Source: Schmidtea nova (lineage: Eukaryota). Taken from it: 64,000 nucleotides of DNA. Positions 61,830-64,000 of this stretch are shown one piece after another. The notes under the pieces are model-generated. The model saw only the letters and a list, made by a program, of their open reading frames with translations, made no database searches and had not been told where the DNA came from. The stretch is from assembly GCA_044892505.1 (NCBI GenBank), contig CM097883.1, positions 311,488,001 to 311,552,000 of the forward strand, read 5' to 3'. The position numbers and the translations under genes are program-made. Numbering within the stretch: the first letter of the stretch is position 1; each line of letters begins with the position of its first letter.

Positions 61830-64000
61830 CTTGATTGAATTATCTGTCATTAATGTCTTTATAATGCCCACCCAAACCCTTTTATCATCTTTATTACTTA
61901 GTGCAATTTTTGAATTTTTAAAGCTATATAACTGATGATTTTTTGTACCTATTCTAAATTGTGGTACACTAATCTTTGAGTTATTTAAATAACATTTAAC
62001 ATATGAATCGTGGTCTATTTTAGTATCCTTTAATGTTGCTCCCTTAACTTTTGTAGTATTATTTTTACCCAACAAGCTGTAACATTTCGGTCTAAGGAAA
62101 ATCCACTCATCATATCCTTCACCCTTACTTTAATCTTTGAATTTCCCAATAACAGAATCCAATTTCTTGCTGTATAGTGGGTGATCAGTTTGATAATTTG
62201 ATTTATCTAACAAGTTATCATTTTTCATTTCATTTAATAATATTTCTAATTTTTAATTTTTAATTTCTAGAAAAAACGAATCTGTATCGCCTGCTACGAT
62301 ATTTATCTGACAACTATATTTGTCGCGATATTTTTGAAAATCTTTGTATTGCAATTCGTACATTCGAAATTTTGATAAATCAAGCACCGAGTGTCCAATA
62401 TAACTCGGTCTATCTAAACAAATCGAATCTGGATTTAATAAAGCAGCAACTAAATTATCGTCGATTTTAATAGATTTTTTGAAAGAAGGTTTTGATGTAT
62501 ATTTAACTAGTTTTTTCTCCGTTGAACATAATCTTAAATTCATTCTCCTTTTAAGATTTTCCACTGTTTTGACATACAGACTATTATTGAGTAATTTGAA
62601 AAAGTTTTTATCTAAAGTATTAGTACTTTTCGTCAGCAATTCAGTTTTGGTGTCTATATATTTTTTGAAAATTGGAGATTGCTTAAATTTAACTGATCTA
62701 TTTATCTTTGTGACTTTAACACCAAGTTCTAAATATAATTGAAGTAATCGTCAATGAATTATATAATTATTTTTAGGGTAATGAGTCAATAGTAATTTTT
62801 CTACTTTTGAACCTCGTGGTTTCATTTTTCTGCAGCTACCGGGAAATCATCCAAGAAATCATGAATTTCAGCAGGTATTTCCAAATCTACCTCTAAAGTG
62901 TAACCGTAAGATATAGATTCAAGATTTAGATTAATACAGTCATGCAAAATATTATCTAAATTATCAGTCACCCAACTAAATTCTCCACAAGGTAAAGGTT
63001 CACTTAAAGCCCATCCGTAAAGATTATTTAAATCGATATACAATAATTCTGTATTTTCATCGGTTTTAACGAAGTGTTTATTTACAAAAGTCAAACCTCC
63101 TCGAATTCCCCCTTCATAAAAGCTAAACATTTCATTATCTGTTATTAATTCTATTGGTTCATCTAAAGTCATTAAAGAAGATGACCAAGACATGCCAGGA
63201 ATACCGAAGTAATTCAATAGCTCTAATCTATTGTGAGCTATAGATTTGTTTCGAAATTGCTGAAAGAAATGAGCCAAAAGAAAGCAATCAAGTTTCAAGT
63301 AAGTCATCATATAATCTAAAAGAGTAACACAGTTTGTTTCTGTCCAAATCAGTTGTGCCTTTTCATATTCTTCTTTTGAAACACCTTTCCAGATTGGTGG
63401 TAACTCATAAGTATTTTCAAGTACTTCTAAACTTGTAGCAAAGCTATACGGAAAAATACCCTTTTCAGAAACTATAGTTCCATTAAAAACCGAATTTGTC
63501 AAAGGTAAAGATTTCAATGTTTTCACTGCCTTTGCCAAAGAATCATTCACAAACTGGTATGAGTCTATAAATCTTAAGCTAATCTTGTCAACATGAGCTA
63601 TCAATGAAATAAATTTTTCAGTTGTAATAGGTATACAACCCAATGACCAATTCTTGAACTTATTTAATCCGTGTTTAAGAATATGGTGCATATCGTATCC
63701 TTTCAAGTTATGAAAAACTATTGGTAAAGACTTATTGATTTTTCTATTAATGTTACACGTTTGACATGCTGCACCTAAATATTTCCCAGTGAAATGGTCG
63801 TGGTCTCTTACAGGATCTACGATATTTTTCATACAAAGGTAACAAGTGGTACCATTTTTAAATTGTTTCTCTTCAATTTCAGTCAATCTATTCATTGGTT
63901 TGTTTCCATTTTTATTGTAATATGGAAGAACTTTTAATAAAGCAATATCTTCAACCGCTTTTAAAAAATCTTCTACACAATTTAGTAAGATTTTGTCCCA
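61830..64000 (-). pseudogene. Maverick/Polinton (adintovirus-type) protein-primed DNA polymerase B with endonuclease VII-like zinc domain; 5'-partial and disrupted
   Basis: CYLC..VRDHDHFTGKYLGAACQTCN, FHNLKGYD, FIDSYQF, KGIFPY, GIRGG, YIDLNNLYGWAL, KLLNNSLY(V)KT, AGDTDS, IGKFKD*, LRPKCYS, KIALSNKDDKR. Frameshift at ~62825, in-frame stops at ~62753 and ~62130, and a further frameshift at ~62250. Confidence 0.93.

Overview
AT-rich animal genomic scaffold with N gaps, standard genetic code and GT-AG introns as short as 41 bp. A freshwater planarian-like host is a plausible guess from base composition, intron sizes and transposon content, but it is not established. Bases 1-48254 hold almost all of a plus-strand NEK1-type kinase gene (25 exons traced by hand, 5' end outside the window). 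Its large introns contain an antisense intronless FCP1/CTDP1-like phosphatase, several mariner/Tc1, hAT, piggyBac-like and Zator-like remnants (some nested in each other), a 2.7-kb 21-bp satellite, long hairpin palindromes and two minimal type I hammerhead ribozyme motifs. One hammerhead sits directly behind a sequence identical to the 5' end of U1 snRNA. Bases ~50000-64000 look like a decayed Maverick/Polinton-like region: a protein-primed PolB pseudogene, an AP-1/SOX-TCF motif array, and two paralogous minus-strand two-ORF cassettes of unknown function. Each cassette is followed by a conserved non-coding segment with compensatory base changes, consistent with a pseudoknotted RNA that I cannot assign to a known family. 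All alignments and folds were done by eye; no database searches were run.
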